DNA of 59,907 bases, counting the filler, from Basidiobolus ranarum (taxonomy: Eukaryota): assembly GCA_040143965.1 (NCBI GenBank). It is 3 parts of 3 records of this genome, joined end to end, with 100 filler letters (N's around TTAATTAATTAA, not from the genome) between each part and the next. Parts side by side here need not be neighbours in the genome. Positions count along the whole stretch, not along the records: positions 1 to 19,926 come from JASJQH010007113.1; positions 20,027 to 39,937 come from JASJQH010007114.1; 1 more part is not named here. One strand, given 5' to 3'. The notes under the pieces are model-generated. The model was not told the DNA's origin, made no database searches, and was given only the letters and a program-made list of their open reading frames with translations. Every line of letters starts with the position of its first letter. The stretch's first letter is position 1. Made by a program: the position numbers and the translations under genes. This document shows, one piece after another, positions 13,387 through 25,194 of the stretch.

Positions 13387-14400
13387 TTACAGTCGCAGGA
13401 AGTCCCAAATGGCCCATACCATAATTAATGCCTTAAAAGAATAAATATTGTCACGAAAACTTGTAGAGTCACTAATGCATGTCGTATCCAGTCTTTCTTG
13501 ACCAGTCAGTTGATGTTGGTAGCTTATCAGTCTAACTGGAGTGGATAGTTGTAAATTTCCGGATTGTAACAGATTCGTAAAGTCACTTATTCTATCAGCT
13601 GTGGCTGGCCAAACTGTATTGGGAAAGCAACACAGCATTTTTCTACGAAGTTTCAAGAATCTATCGAGATATTCAGCCTCAGTGATGTTTAGCGATCCTG
13701 TCATTTTAATTAAAGTTCGTAGACTTATTCCATCGTCGACGTCGTGTCCATGCTGTACTGCGGTGTCGTAAAAGATTGCCTTTCCCAGATTGCTTCGGAT
13801 TCCCACCTCCCAGGCAAGATTCATAGCAGGTACGATGTATCGTCTATGACCCACTCGATCCTGGGCACGTCTAAACAATGGATCACATGAAGCCTGTCGC
13901 CATGCTATTGGGAAACCGCGTAACTTACTAACATCCCCTTTTACGGAAATGCAGTCATTGGGATCGGCTAAGTGACGCAACTCACTTATGTACTTCCCAA
14001 ACGGGCCATCGGTAACGGTGTTGTTCAGCATTCTTAGATATTCCTCTATAACCATCAAAGCGTCTCCATTCGCTGTAGTAAAGCCAGCATAACCGCAAGT
14101 AAACCCTAGGCCATCCTTAATGTTCCTACAGAATGGGTAGTCTAGGCTGACTTGGAAATTCTCGAATACGTTGGTTATGGATAATATCAGTCTACGAATA
14201 GATTCAGGTAATTCCGAAGCAGAATTTTCAACCTGCTGAATTGGTATAGGTGCGCAAGTGGCGGTTGGTATACGTCGAAAATCAAACTGGCCGCAATTTG
14301 GAGCGTTCACCGCATATTGGCCTTGACAATAAGGAAATCCAATTCCATGTACAGATTTAATGAGATAAATGATTACAAGAAATGAAAATATTGACGCCAT
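13387..14400 (-). CDS. Chitosanase, glycoside hydrolase family 46; secreted, intronless
   Basis: NVFEN (catalytic Glu), NIKDGLGFTCGYAGFTTANGDAL (catalytic Asp), DPLFRRAQD, IFYDTAVQHG; signal peptide and hydrophobic C-terminus. Confidence 0.88.
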   Translation of the reverse strand: MASIFSFLVIIYLIKSVHGIGFPYCQGQYAVNAPNCGQFDFRRIPTATCAPIPIQQVENSASELPESIRRLILSITNVFENFQVSLDYPFCRNIKDGLGFTCGYAGFTTANGDALMVIEEYLRMLNNTVTDGPFGKYISELRHLADPNDCISVKGDVSKLRGFPIAWRQASCDPLFRRAQDRVGHRRYIVPAMNLAWEVGIRSNLGKAIFYDTAVQHGHDVDDGISLRTLIKMTGSLNITEAEYLDRFLKLRRKMLCCFPNTVWPATADRISDFTNLLQSGNLQLSTPVRLISYQHQLTGQERLDTTCISDSTSFRDNIYSFKALIMVWAIWDFLRL

Positions 14401-15215
14401 GGAGAGTATAAATGGATGTTGTGAAGACGTAGTTTTCGAGTTACAAAGTGAGATGAGACCAACCTATATATGTGCATGAATAGATAAGGGTTCTCAAACT
14501 GACAGTACAAACCAACTTCTCGAGGTACAAATCGGCCAGTAAAGATTCTAATAAAAGGATATGGTAAATGGTAAAAGACAACTCAAAAATAGATGTATTC
14601 ACGTAGTGAAGTCATGAATCATCCATTATATGCCATTTAAAGCTGTGGAAAACGGGCTTCCTCAAGTTCTTCGGTTCCTGCTTTTCGCTACATAAGCCCC
14701 CCATCCTGTCGGCTTTTGTGCAAAGGCGGATATTTTTATCGCAATGCATATCAATTGGAGTGCATAAAGTATCCATAGCAAATTTAAGATATGGATGTCT
14801 GGTTGAATAAAAGAACTCGTAACTAGATTAAAAAGATTTGTTTCTACTGAAAGAACTCATAAGTAGTTTATTAAAAAAGAGGGTTTCTATAGTATGATTT
14901 CGAATAGCTTATAAATTTCAAGTAAATGATCGTCTTGTATGCTATTGAGTGAGATTGTCTTACATCCTTTTGTGTCGAAATAGATGAGGTCAGATGCGAA
15001 AGTCAGAAGTTAGCCAGAATAGGTAATGCTACGCAAGTGTTTAATTGAAATGGACCTGGATCGATAAGTTCATAATTACTTCATGATCCCAGAAAAATGG
15101 AGGCAGATATCGGAAATCGTTTGATTTGTTTGTAAACCATATAAAACCCCCTACGAGTCAGGAACTTAGAAGTAAACCTAACTACCTGACTACCTACCTA
15201 CCACAACTAATCATA

Positions 15216-15675
15216 ATGGCTTTTTCCACTAATGAAGCAAACATTCACATTGGATGTATTTTCGCTACGTTTCTCATCTGGTTTCTCACCTTGGTCCCTG
15301 TTCGTTTAGCACAACGCCGTGCTGGCTTTGATAATGCCAACCCTCGCCAGCAGTACAATAACTTGGTAAATGCTTACGTTTTATTATTCTCATCTTATCA
15401 CAACTAATACTTCGTTATAGTCTGGATGGGGTAGCCGCGCAGTAGCCTGTAACAACAACACATTTGAGGCTTTTGCATTCTTTGGAATCGCTGCTTTAGT
15501 TCATTACTTTGGAAACCCAAGCTCCACTGCCGGTGTCGTTTTCTGCATCCTATTTGTAGTTGTTCGTGGTGTTTATCCATTCCTCTACATCTTCGATTAT
15601 AGCTCTACTCGCTCCGCAGTCTGGGTGATTGGCCTTGCTTGTATAATGGGACTTTTTATTGATTCTTTCTTATGA
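15216..15675 (+). CDS. MAPEG-family membrane protein; 1 intron (15366-15420)
   Basis: Spliced product contains FDNANPRQ, GWGSRAVACNNNTFEAF, VRGVYPFLYIFD, RSAVW and four hydrophobic segments. Confidence 0.85.
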
Positions 15676-16284
15676 TCCTTTAGCGAGTTGGGTAAAGAAT
15701 CGAGATCCAATACGTCATTTTGACCAATATTAATCCAATGTATCATAGCAACTCCAAATTGGCAAAGAATATCCATCAGCACCAGCATCAGCATCTTCAT
15801 ACGTTTTTCAATTTTGCATTTTGCCAATAAACACACTGATTGACTGACTGATCCAGAGATGAATAACCCTAACCCCATTAACCTGATTGGTTATGTATCT
15901 GATTGGTGGATAATATGTTGATGATTTGGTAAATATTACATTATTATGAAGCATTGTTGTTTAGTATGCGATTAAAGTCAATTTAAATTACTAAACATCT
16001 AGTTAGACATACTAGATATAAATACAAAGAAGTATTTACGGGAACCTAACGAGCTTTCCAACATAGGAAAGAACTCACTACTATAACTTCCTTTTTCTTG
16101 GATGAATCCTAATAAGGATTGGCTAGAGATGCGTATGGAACTTCTAACTAGATATTACGCAAACTGACAATTATATTCTTACATACTAATTGGCGTGTTA
16201 TCAGCTCGATTTTCGAACAATCTTCTAGCCATTGTTAGAACTGTCCAAGCCAAAACCTAATTTAGTATCTCTAACGGACATCAG

Positions 16285-16356
16285 TATCCAATGGCTTATA
16301 TATCTCTAGATCCTCTATCCAATGGCCTAATTACCTTACCACTTCTATCCAATAGC
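16285..16356 (+). promoter_or_regulatory. Three phased CCAAT boxes (TATCCAATRGC) upstream of ATX1
   Basis: Copies start at 16285, 16316 and 16346 (31 and 30 bp apart); TATA-like TATAAATA at ~16448. Confidence 0.55.
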
Positions 16357-16507
16357 GTAATAGTCGCAATGAAATGTCAGTTTGTTCGGTATTTGTAATC
16401 TTCCCTTTGGTAAATATAGAACATGGAAATGAGCGATGATGATGAGATATAAATACGACCGAGTTTCACCTTGAATCGACAATCTCAATCTTCATTACTA
16501 CAACAAA

Positions 16508-16842
16508 ATGTCTGCTTCTGTGAGTACTTTTTATCATTATCGTCTGTGATATTCAGTATTGCTAATATTCAAATATTCAGCAAATCTACAAGTTCAAGGT
16601 CGGAATGACTTGCGCCGGATGCTCTGGTGCCGTTAACAGAGTTCTTAACAAATTGAATGGTATGTTTCTCTGCTACTGGCTAACGAACTGAGTACGTTAT
16701 ATTAAATCAGTTGTTTATTTCAGGTGTTGAGAAAGTAGATATCTCTTTGGAGGATCAAACTGTAATTGTTGAAGGAACCGCTTCTCAGGAAGATATTCTT
16801 AACACCATCAAGAAGACCGGAAAAACTGTCAGCCCTCTATAG
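16508..16842 (+). CDS. ATX1: Copper chaperone Atx1 (HMA domain); 2 introns
   Basis: MSAS/QIYKFKVGMTCAGCSGAVNRVL..., with the MxCxxC motif and C-terminal KKTGK. Not in the ORF track. Confidence 0.95.
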
Positions 16843-17934
16843 ACGCAGAAGATCGATGGATACTTCGCCAAGAAATTGGATTCCTACTTTCGATATCTTT
16901 CATCATTGAATGCGTATTCCACAATTCAGAAGTCAATTAGATATCATGAAGATGGAAGTATATATCGGCTGTACATTCTTTCGGCTGTACATTCCAAATT
17001 TTTAGAAATATTTATAGAAATAAATACTATATACTCCTAATCGTCACCTTTATCAACGATGCTTATTATGTATATGAAATCAGTAATGCATTTACTTTGG
17101 GTTCACTGTGGGTATTCATTCTATATTCTCATTACGATCTGGCCGCTTTGTGTTTCTTCCAGTAATAGGATTTCCTTTCTGTTTCTCGTTGAGTGACTGG
17201 CTGGATTAAAATGGCATCGAAATATTCAGATGTAACTGATGAAATCAGATAAACAGAGGGAAGGTTGTGGGGCGACCTAGAGTCAGAGAGCAAAAGATTA
17301 TCACGAAACTCATAGCAAAGCTCATCCATTTTTACCAAAGCATTTCCTATTACCAGTAGTTAATAAGGCTATTCAGTAATTGGTGGTATAATATTATATA
17401 TTCCATAATATTGCTATGCATAGTTATAACAAATCGCTCATTTTATATTGACACAATTTATATCAACTCTCACAAATCAACCTATATTTATTACTGATCT
17501 GTTGCGCAACAATCTGTTTAGCAAATACTAAACAGCTTTTAACTGATAACACTTATTACTATGTTCATAGTATATTATGGACTCATTGGCTGGCCAATAT
17601 TTCTTGCATATATTTTGTGATTTGCTATTGGTTGATATGTTGAGATTGTCCTACTAATGTTTCCTAATCCAATCTCAATTTACTGCCCGTATGAACCATC
17701 ATTGCCTTTTTGAGGGTTAGACAGTTTTTTTATATTGTAACCCTTTATTTTATATTGTAACCCTAAGACTATAGCTTGGAGAGTATGATTCTGGATATAT
17801 TGCAGTCAACTCATCTAAAACCCATAATATATTGACACTTCTGAGCTATTGAGAAAGATTTGCCTAAAAAGTTCTTATTTGATTTAGGAAAGGACTATAA
17901 GTGCGGCAAAATGAAAACTTAGCATGGTAGTAAA

Positions 17935-19029
17935 ATGAAAATTCCCTTTAGACCAAAGATACTCTATGCTATACCTATTGTTTTCTTGTTTTTTGCTACA
18001 ACTGCATACTTAACTCATGTGGCTATTATTAGACGGTTCCAATCTCTAGCTGACTCTATTCTACGTGTCTCAAGGTATTTATATTTATCACTGTGGTAGC
18101 CAAATAGTAAATATCTATTGACAGTCTTGCAAACTTAGTACCAATACAAAAAAAGCAGTAATCTTTGCTCTTACAACAGAAAACAATTTACCTACAAGAG
18201 GGAAGGCTGTGGGTGAAACTTGGGGTCAGCAAGCAAAAGATTATCAAGAGGAAGGTATTGAGGGTTCCCCTATTGATGTTGTATTTGCAACAAGCCATGA
18301 TACCACACCCTATGGACTTTCACGTATTCCTATTGAGGATGTTGGCTATGGAGATATATATAAAAAGACATATGCTTCTTTCTATTACTTATATAAATAT
18401 CATCTTAATGATTACAAGTGGTTTATGAAGGTCAGTGTAATAACTTTAAAGTCAATTTATTAATACTCCAAAATTAACCAAGATATGCTAGGCGGATGAT
18501 GATACTTTTGTCAAGATTCATAAACTGATGTCTCATATTAATAGTCCACTAGTAAAGCCAAGGGTGCCTCTGTTTGTTGGCAGACCAATGGACTTTGGAT
18601 GCTGGGGTGGTCCAGGTATATCAGATTCATATTCAACAATAACAGCATCAAATGTTGACATTACATTCTCTTCATGTAGGTTACCTTCTAAATCGTGAGG
18701 CACTTAGTATTGTGGGTCCATATCTTTTTTATTGTGAGAAAAATTTCCCCGGTTTTGAAGATGTTGAATTTGGAAATTGTGTTGAATATGCCTTTAAAAA
18801 AGAGCGTCCTAATCTTCATTTTCCTGGCTGCACAGACTTTCCAGATGGTAATGGGCATGAGTTTCTACCTTTAACATATGAAGATAAAGAGTGGAATAAC
18901 ATTGCAAATGCAAGCTATACAATGAAGATCACATTTAGTGAAAGTACTGGTTGGTCTTTTGGAAAAGCAGTTGCAATTCATACTGTCCGGGGTGAAATGA
19001 TGTATAAGCTAAATGCTATATACTCTTGA
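17935..19029 (+). CDS. GT31 (C1GalT/fringe-like) glycosyltransferase, type II membrane protein, multi-exon
   Basis: N-terminal TM anchor; RAVGETWG, YKWFMK/ADDDTFV (DxD), GGPG/YLLNREAL, EDVEFGNC, AVAIH. Confidence 0.8.
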
Positions 19030-19334
19030 AGCTCATCAAAACTTTATTATTAAATCATTCAATTGTAATATACAGAATATACCTTAAGAATGATAATCAA
19101 TACCATGTATATCTTTCAATGCATATTCATTAATACCAAAAGTAAACTTTAGGATATTCTTTTTTGATCTCGAAACCTATGCAATTGATATTGTGGAAAT
19201 ATTTCAAAGTGTTGAAAGTGATTTAAAAAACTAAAAGAATTGATGGTTTTCACTAAATTATTTATTTAGTGTGAGTAGTTATTTATACTTTTTTCAAGAC
19301 ATATATAAGCCCAAATATAAAATATATTTAGTTG

Positions 19335-19830
19335 GGTACCAGGAACATATACACAGAGCTATAGATCCCTTGAACAAGTTGGAGAAAATTATATATTCTG
19401 AGTGTTGAAATTAGCATTGCCTAAACATCTATATAGTCATATAAACTAATCTTAAGAAAGGTCTAAATTTCTCAAATTTCTGTTTAGCTAATGGTTTGGT
19501 TAATATATCAGCAATCATGTCTTCTGTAGAACAATAAGTTAAGTCAATAAACTTATTCTCTGTAGTCTCTCTAAAGAAGTGATGCTTAATATCTATGTGT
19601 TTGCTTCTATTATGAAATGTGGGATTTTTAGCCAATTTGATACAACTTTGATTATCTTGAAATATTGTAGTTGGTGAATTTTGAGAATAACCTAAATCTG
19701 CTAAGAGTCTTCTTATCCATATTGCTTCTTTTGTTGCTTCATAGACTGCCATGTATTCTGCTTCTGCTGTTGAAAGTGCTAAGATAGGTTGTTTCTTTGA
19801 ATACCAAGAAATAACTCTGTTGGATAATTA
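19335..19830 (-). mobile_element. Ty1/copia RNase H remnant with adjoining LTR fragments
   Basis: ISWYSKKQ, ALSTAEAEYMA, KEAIWIRRLL, QDNQSCI, HNRSKHIDIKHHF, MIADILTKPL; runs into the LTR end ...TTTCAACA. Confidence 0.92.
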
Positions 19831-19926
19831 ATCTTTATTCAACATCATAGTTAACTTTAGTTATGATACATATATCAGAAACAGAAAGCAACGTATCTAT
19901 AGCCCCTATATTCTAAATAGGAATAT

Positions 19927-20026
19927 NNNNNNNNNNNNNNNNNNNNNNNNNNNNNNNNNNNNNNNNNNNNTTAATTAATTAANNNNNNNNNNNNNNNNNN
20001 NNNNNNNNNNNNNNNNNNNNNNNNNN
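19927..20026. other. Artificial 100-nt contig spacer
   Basis: N run with a central TTAATTAATTAA (stops in all frames). Confidence 0.98.
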
Positions 20027-20277
20027 CAAGTAAAGTGCCATTAACGACTATAGGGTAAGGAATTTTGCAATAGTTGTGGCCAATATTCATGCTATATATT
20101 ACTTTCCAGAATTATGGTTTGATAACCTAGTTTGAACAAGAAATGTGTTTATTAACTGTGTGAGAAAGGTTTATCAAATGCGATAATTGATATGTGGTTG
20201 CCCTCTATATCTAACGTCAATCAAATACTAAGTGAGGTAGTGGAGTCAAATAAAATGCAAATGAACAAGATCCATTC

Positions 20278-20880
20278 TCAGTATCCACACTTTTCTTTTA
20301 CTTGGGAAATATCTGTCCCATTTGCGAAGAACTCACCGTAACTTTTTGAATATTGATTATACATTTTCACCCAGTTTTGAACACATTCGGTGCACAGTTT
20401 CTCATTTGGGATATCTTGCAAGTCTACATCTTGATGGTCCTTCAGTTCATCTCCTTCTACAATGAGACAGTACTGCTGTTGTGAATTCCGAGTACATCCA
20501 ATAGCGACGATTGGTTCATAATTCTTCAACATGTACTCAAGTGCTTGAATCACGACTTGGGATGAGTCTTTAGAGCAATCTGTTTGAATTTTCGTGGAGA
20601 GAGTATCTGTGGTAGATTTGTCACATCGTGGAGCTGAACATATTGTGTCTAGAAGAGAAGAGTATTGTTCGACTTTACTGATATCATAGCCGTCCAAAGC
20701 AATAGAGTTAGCTTGTGACCAGATCTGACCGAAGGGAAGACAAGGCTCAATATCTGTTACTATGGAAAGTAGTGATTGTTTACATGTAACTGAGAGTTGT
20801 CCAAGCACATTGTCTATAGGGGCAGGATTAACCCACAGAATAGAAGTAGTGATAAGTGTGAATGATAGAGTGGACTTCAT
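20278..20880 (-). CDS. Secreted 10-Cys protein, paralog A; intronless
   Basis: Signal peptide, 10 Cys, colinear and highly similar to 21453-22064. Confidence 0.88.
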   Translation of the reverse strand: MKSTLSFTLITTSILWVNPAPIDNVLGQLSVTCKQSLLSIVTDIEPCLPFGQIWSQANSIALDGYDISKVEQYSSLLDTICSAPRCDKSTTDTLSTKIQTDCSKDSSQVVIQALEYMLKNYEPIVAIGCTRNSQQQYCLIVEGDELKDHQDVDLQDIPNEKLCTECVQNWVKMYNQYSKSYGEFFANGTDISQVKEKCGY

Positions 20881-21452
20881 AATTGAAAGGAGATGTTGGT
20901 ATCACTACTTTTTGTGGGTTTAGTTATAAAAGATACGTAATTTTCTTGCTTAAATAGCGGGGAGGTAAATGGAGCTTTCATAGTACACACACACTGATGC
21001 CATGGAACGTGCGAATTCGGTACGCGTCGGGCTGAGTCGATAGAGTTCATATTTGTCATCTATCTTGAAATACTTTTTAAATTAATATCAAGCCCACTCT
21101 ATATTATCCACAATAAAAACAGGGTTTTAGTTTATCATCTCAGTTTTAATTGCTTGTCACATCAACCCTATATCTTTATATTGTGATATTCTCGCTAAAA
21201 GGTAAACGATATCCGTAGAAGTATAGTCAATACAAAGTCATTTATTGATTCTGGGAATATCGTTCCAAAGATACTTGAGCTCATCATATTTATATTATTA
21301 GTAAGATTAGAAAATGAATGATAGAATTGGTTATTTATTAATTCGAGTTCTGATGATATAGTGTACAGCAGATGGATGTTTTCAAATGTAGTGGATGTGA
21401 AGTTCAAGTAGGTAGAGGTACCAAGCTAAATGTATGTGTACGTGAAGGTATG

Positions 21453-22064
21453 TTAGTAACCACATCGCTCTTTCACTTGAGCGATATCAGTCACATTTGC
21501 AAACAGATCTCCGTAGCTATTTGAGTACTGATCATACACTTTCACCCAGTTTTGTACACAATCAGTGCACAGTCTTTCGTTAGGAATATCTTGTAGGTCC
21601 ACATCTTGATGGCCTTTTAGTTCGTCTCCCTCTACAATGAGACAGTACTGTTGTTGTGAATTCTGGGCACATTCGACAGCTATGAGTGGCTCGTAGTTCT
21701 TAAATGCATACTCAAGTATTTGTACCACTGTTTGTGATAGATCCTCCGAACACTCTGTCCGAACCTTTGTGGCTAAAGCATCCGTGATCGTCTTGTCACA
21801 TCGTGGTGCGGAACACATTGTGTCTAAGAGCGTGGTGTACTGGTCTACCTTAGTTGAATCATAGTTCTCCCAGTCGATCGAGCTAGTTTGTGACCATATC
21901 TGACTGAAAGGTAAGCAAGGTTCATTACCTGTTACTATAGAGAGTAGTGATTGTTTACAGGTAGCTGAGAGTTGGCCAAGTATGTTATCTACTGGTGCAG
22001 CATTGGTGAACAGAGGTGCGGCAGCGATCAAAGCTAATGAGAGAGCGAATTTCATGGTGGACAA
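21453..22064 (-). CDS. Secreted 10-Cys protein, paralog B; intronless
   Basis: Signal peptide and the same Cys spacing as paralog A. Confidence 0.88.
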   Translation of the reverse strand: MSTMKFALSLALIAAAPLFTNAAPVDNILGQLSATCKQSLLSIVTGNEPCLPFSQIWSQTSSIDWENYDSTKVDQYTTLLDTMCSAPRCDKTITDALATKVRTECSEDLSQTVVQILEYAFKNYEPLIAVECAQNSQQQYCLIVEGDELKGHQDVDLQDIPNERLCTDCVQNWVKVYDQYSNSYGDLFANVTDIAQVKERCGY

Positions 22065-22344
22065 TGCTGTTGAATGTTATATTGGTTTTATATTTCTGTA
22101 TAGAATATTGACCGGGGTAAGGCGCTTTTATAAACTCAAAGGTTTGAGTGGGCACTTGCTAAGCCCATAAGAAAATGATTTTTGGGCTGATTTTACATGA
22201 GTACGAATCAAATGTGAGTGGTGTTCTTACGTTGGTTGGATATTCATGTGAGGCTAGGGGCAGAGTTACAGGAAGGGAAGGGAAAGGAAATTAATATACA
22301 GAAGTAATTCATCTAGCAGTAATTAAAGAGTAGCTTTGTCTTGC

Positions 22345-24157
22345 TTAGCAGGCTGGTACATTCACTGCAAGGCCACCTAAAGATGTTTCTTTATATTTGG
22401 ATTGCATATCCAACCCAGTCTGTCTCATAGATTCAATTACTTGATCAAGTCCTACTCGGTGTAATCCATTCCCATTGAGCGCTAAATGAGCAGCAGTAAC
22501 AGCCTTGACTGCTCCAAGAGCATTTCTTTCAATACAAGGTATCTGTACCAGACCATCAATTGGATCACAAGTCAAGCCAAGATTGTGCTCCATACCGATT
22601 TCAGCAGCGTTTTCAACATGATGTGGAGTGCCACCCATAACAGCGGCAAAACCAGCAGCACTCATACTGCATGCCACTCCAATCTCACCTTGACACCCTA
22701 CTTCGGCAGCGCTAATACTAGCACCTCGTTTATATAGCATTCCAACGGCAGCTGATGTCAATAAGAACTCCATAACATCAGTTTCCGGATCCTCAGATAA
22801 AAATTCAAGATAATATTTGAGTACAGCGGGTATCACCCCCGCTGCACCATTGGTAGGTGCAGTAACCACACGACCTCCAGCCGCGTTCTCTTCGTTCACA
22901 GCTATAGCGTATACAGAGAGATAGTCTAAGGCCGGAAGTGATAGATGTTTGACCTTAGGCTTAGGGAGAATGCTTTTACTTATAAAGGCGGTCTCCTCTA
23001 CTACCGAAGGAGGGCTCGATGTATTACCAATGGTCGTGGAGATGCGTGTAGCTTTTCCAATAGTACTGCGAGAATACAAACCACGAAGTAATTTTTGGTA
23101 CAAAACTGGGGCACGCCTCTGGGTATTAAGTCGGCCTGGAAGAGATTGATCCATTGAAAGGCAACCATTTTTAATAGAAAGATCCATGGTATTCCAAATT
23201 TGGAATAGTTTGTCTCGAATCTCTTGCTCTGAGCGCCACTGCAATTCATTTTCATAAATTACTTGAGCAATAGTCATATTTTGTCGGTCACAAATTTGAA
23301 TTAGATCTTGGGCATTTTTAAATGGTAGTGGAGCCATAACAAAGGTTTTCTCTTCGGGTGTCTCGTCAAGTGAGGAAGTTGTATCCGAGTGGGTTTCTCT
23401 AAAGTAGACATTCTTTCCGCCAGCAATCTGAGTTTCTTCCTGGAAAATGAAGCCTCCGCCTATTGAGAAGTATTCATTTGTAGCTAACATATCCCCATTT
23501 TCATCGAATACGGTGCATCTCATACCGTTGGGATGATGAGGTAAACTTTCAAAGTAATGGAACTGAAGATCTTCACTGGGCTTGAATTGAATTTTTTTGG
23601 TGCCATTTAAGCTAATGGACTCGGTATCCTCCATAGCCTTAACACGAGATTTGATGGAACTAGTCTCCACGGTTTCAGGTAATTCACCCTCAATACCCAT
23701 TAATGTAGCTTCGGGAGTGGCGTGACCTACACCCGTTAAAGCGAGAGAACCATACAAGTCAATTCGTAATTTTGTAACTTTGTCGAGAAAACCTTGACTA
23801 ACTAAATCACTAACAAACATTTTTCCCGCACGCATTGGGCCAACTGTATGACTACAATAGGTAACGGAATTAGATGGCATAACTATTTTGGACAACGTTT
23901 GTATATTGGTAAAAATTTTACCTAGATGAGGGGCCAACTCCAATAGAAAACATATCAAAGGTGGAAACAACACCATGCTCAGCCTCCTCATGCACACGGT
24001 CGCTACTGAGCACTTCCGGCATTGGTGTATTGCCTAGAGAAGAGTAACGACATAAAGTGGGGAATAATTTAAGAGCAGTTTTGGCACCTCTGCGAGAGAT
24101 TACTCTCGTAGTGAGGGATGTTAGGTGACGGTGTAAAGGAAGGTTCGACTTGAGCAT
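22345..24157 (-). CDS. Fe-S-dependent L-serine dehydratase (single-chain SdaA type), likely mitochondrial; intron 23852-23921
   Basis: [86 protein letters not shown]; Arg/Ser/Leu-rich N-terminus. Confidence 0.95.
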
Positions 24158-25170
24158 AATACAATAAAAAGGATGAGGTCAAGGGTTTCTGGGATTTTGT
24201 ACTACTCGAATCGTACACAAGATTATATGCGGCGATATGATTGTTGCGAAAGGTATCTTGATCTGGCAATATCCGGAACGTAAGATAATTTTGCCAGATC
24301 TCGGAAACATTGATCCGGTTATTTTAGAATGGCTCATTCAAGTTCCCGTAATCTGGCTATCAACTAGTGGATCTGGTTTATATTTGGTATAGATGCCAAC
24401 ATCCTTAATCTGGTATCAGTGAACCGGTATATATTGGCCACAATTATGTGAACTAGTATATATTGGTAATAATCGGGTGATCTATGTATTCATGTCTAGC
24501 TACATTAATCAGTTTTGGTTTGGTTCATTCTGTTTTAGTTGGGTTCATTCTTCTGTAACCATATTAGCATTGGTCATTAAACTTGAAATATCAATATAGA
24601 GAGAACTGGGTTCCACCCTTGGTACACGCTAACAGCTAAGGTAGGTTGAAAATTATAGAATGATTGTCAAGTATACCATATAAATTGGTTTAAATTGAGA
24701 TTAATCATGTTCAACATCATCTTAACCATCTGTTTCCAGTATATATCTGTGGGCTGTACAACTAAGCTAGGTAGATATTATTCTGATCAGCATAAAATAC
24801 TGCAAACAAGCTACTCAAATATATGAGGAATTATATGCTTAGCTACACTACCCCAGCATTAAACGATACACCTATATACTTGTAATAGTTGTAAATATTT
24901 GTAAAAGATTTGAAGACTTCTCCTTAAAGTGGTCACACAAGATAAACTACAATCCCAGTATTTTTAGACAACTATCTAGCATCTTTGGAATTCCTCTTTA
25001 CTTAATCTCAAAATAACACCTAAACATAAAATATAGATATATATATTCAAATCTGTTCAATATAAAAACCCTATTTCTGTTCCAACGATATTCTTTCATT
25101 CACTTTTCAACTCAATTTATATACTGAGCAAAATCAAAACCATCTCTGAGGCTTGGTTCGTTATGGTTAT

Positions 25171-25194
25171 CTAACCCTAACCCTAACCCTAACC
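25171..25194 (+). repeat. Interstitial telomere-type repeat (CTAACC)4
   Basis: Four perfect units that read TTAGGG on the minus strand. Confidence 0.8.

Noticed and set aside
22345-23997. 550-aa ORF starting at 23997
   Set aside because: Its N-terminus reads through an intron; the conserved GPSS/SHT motif requires splicing from the exon starting at 24157.
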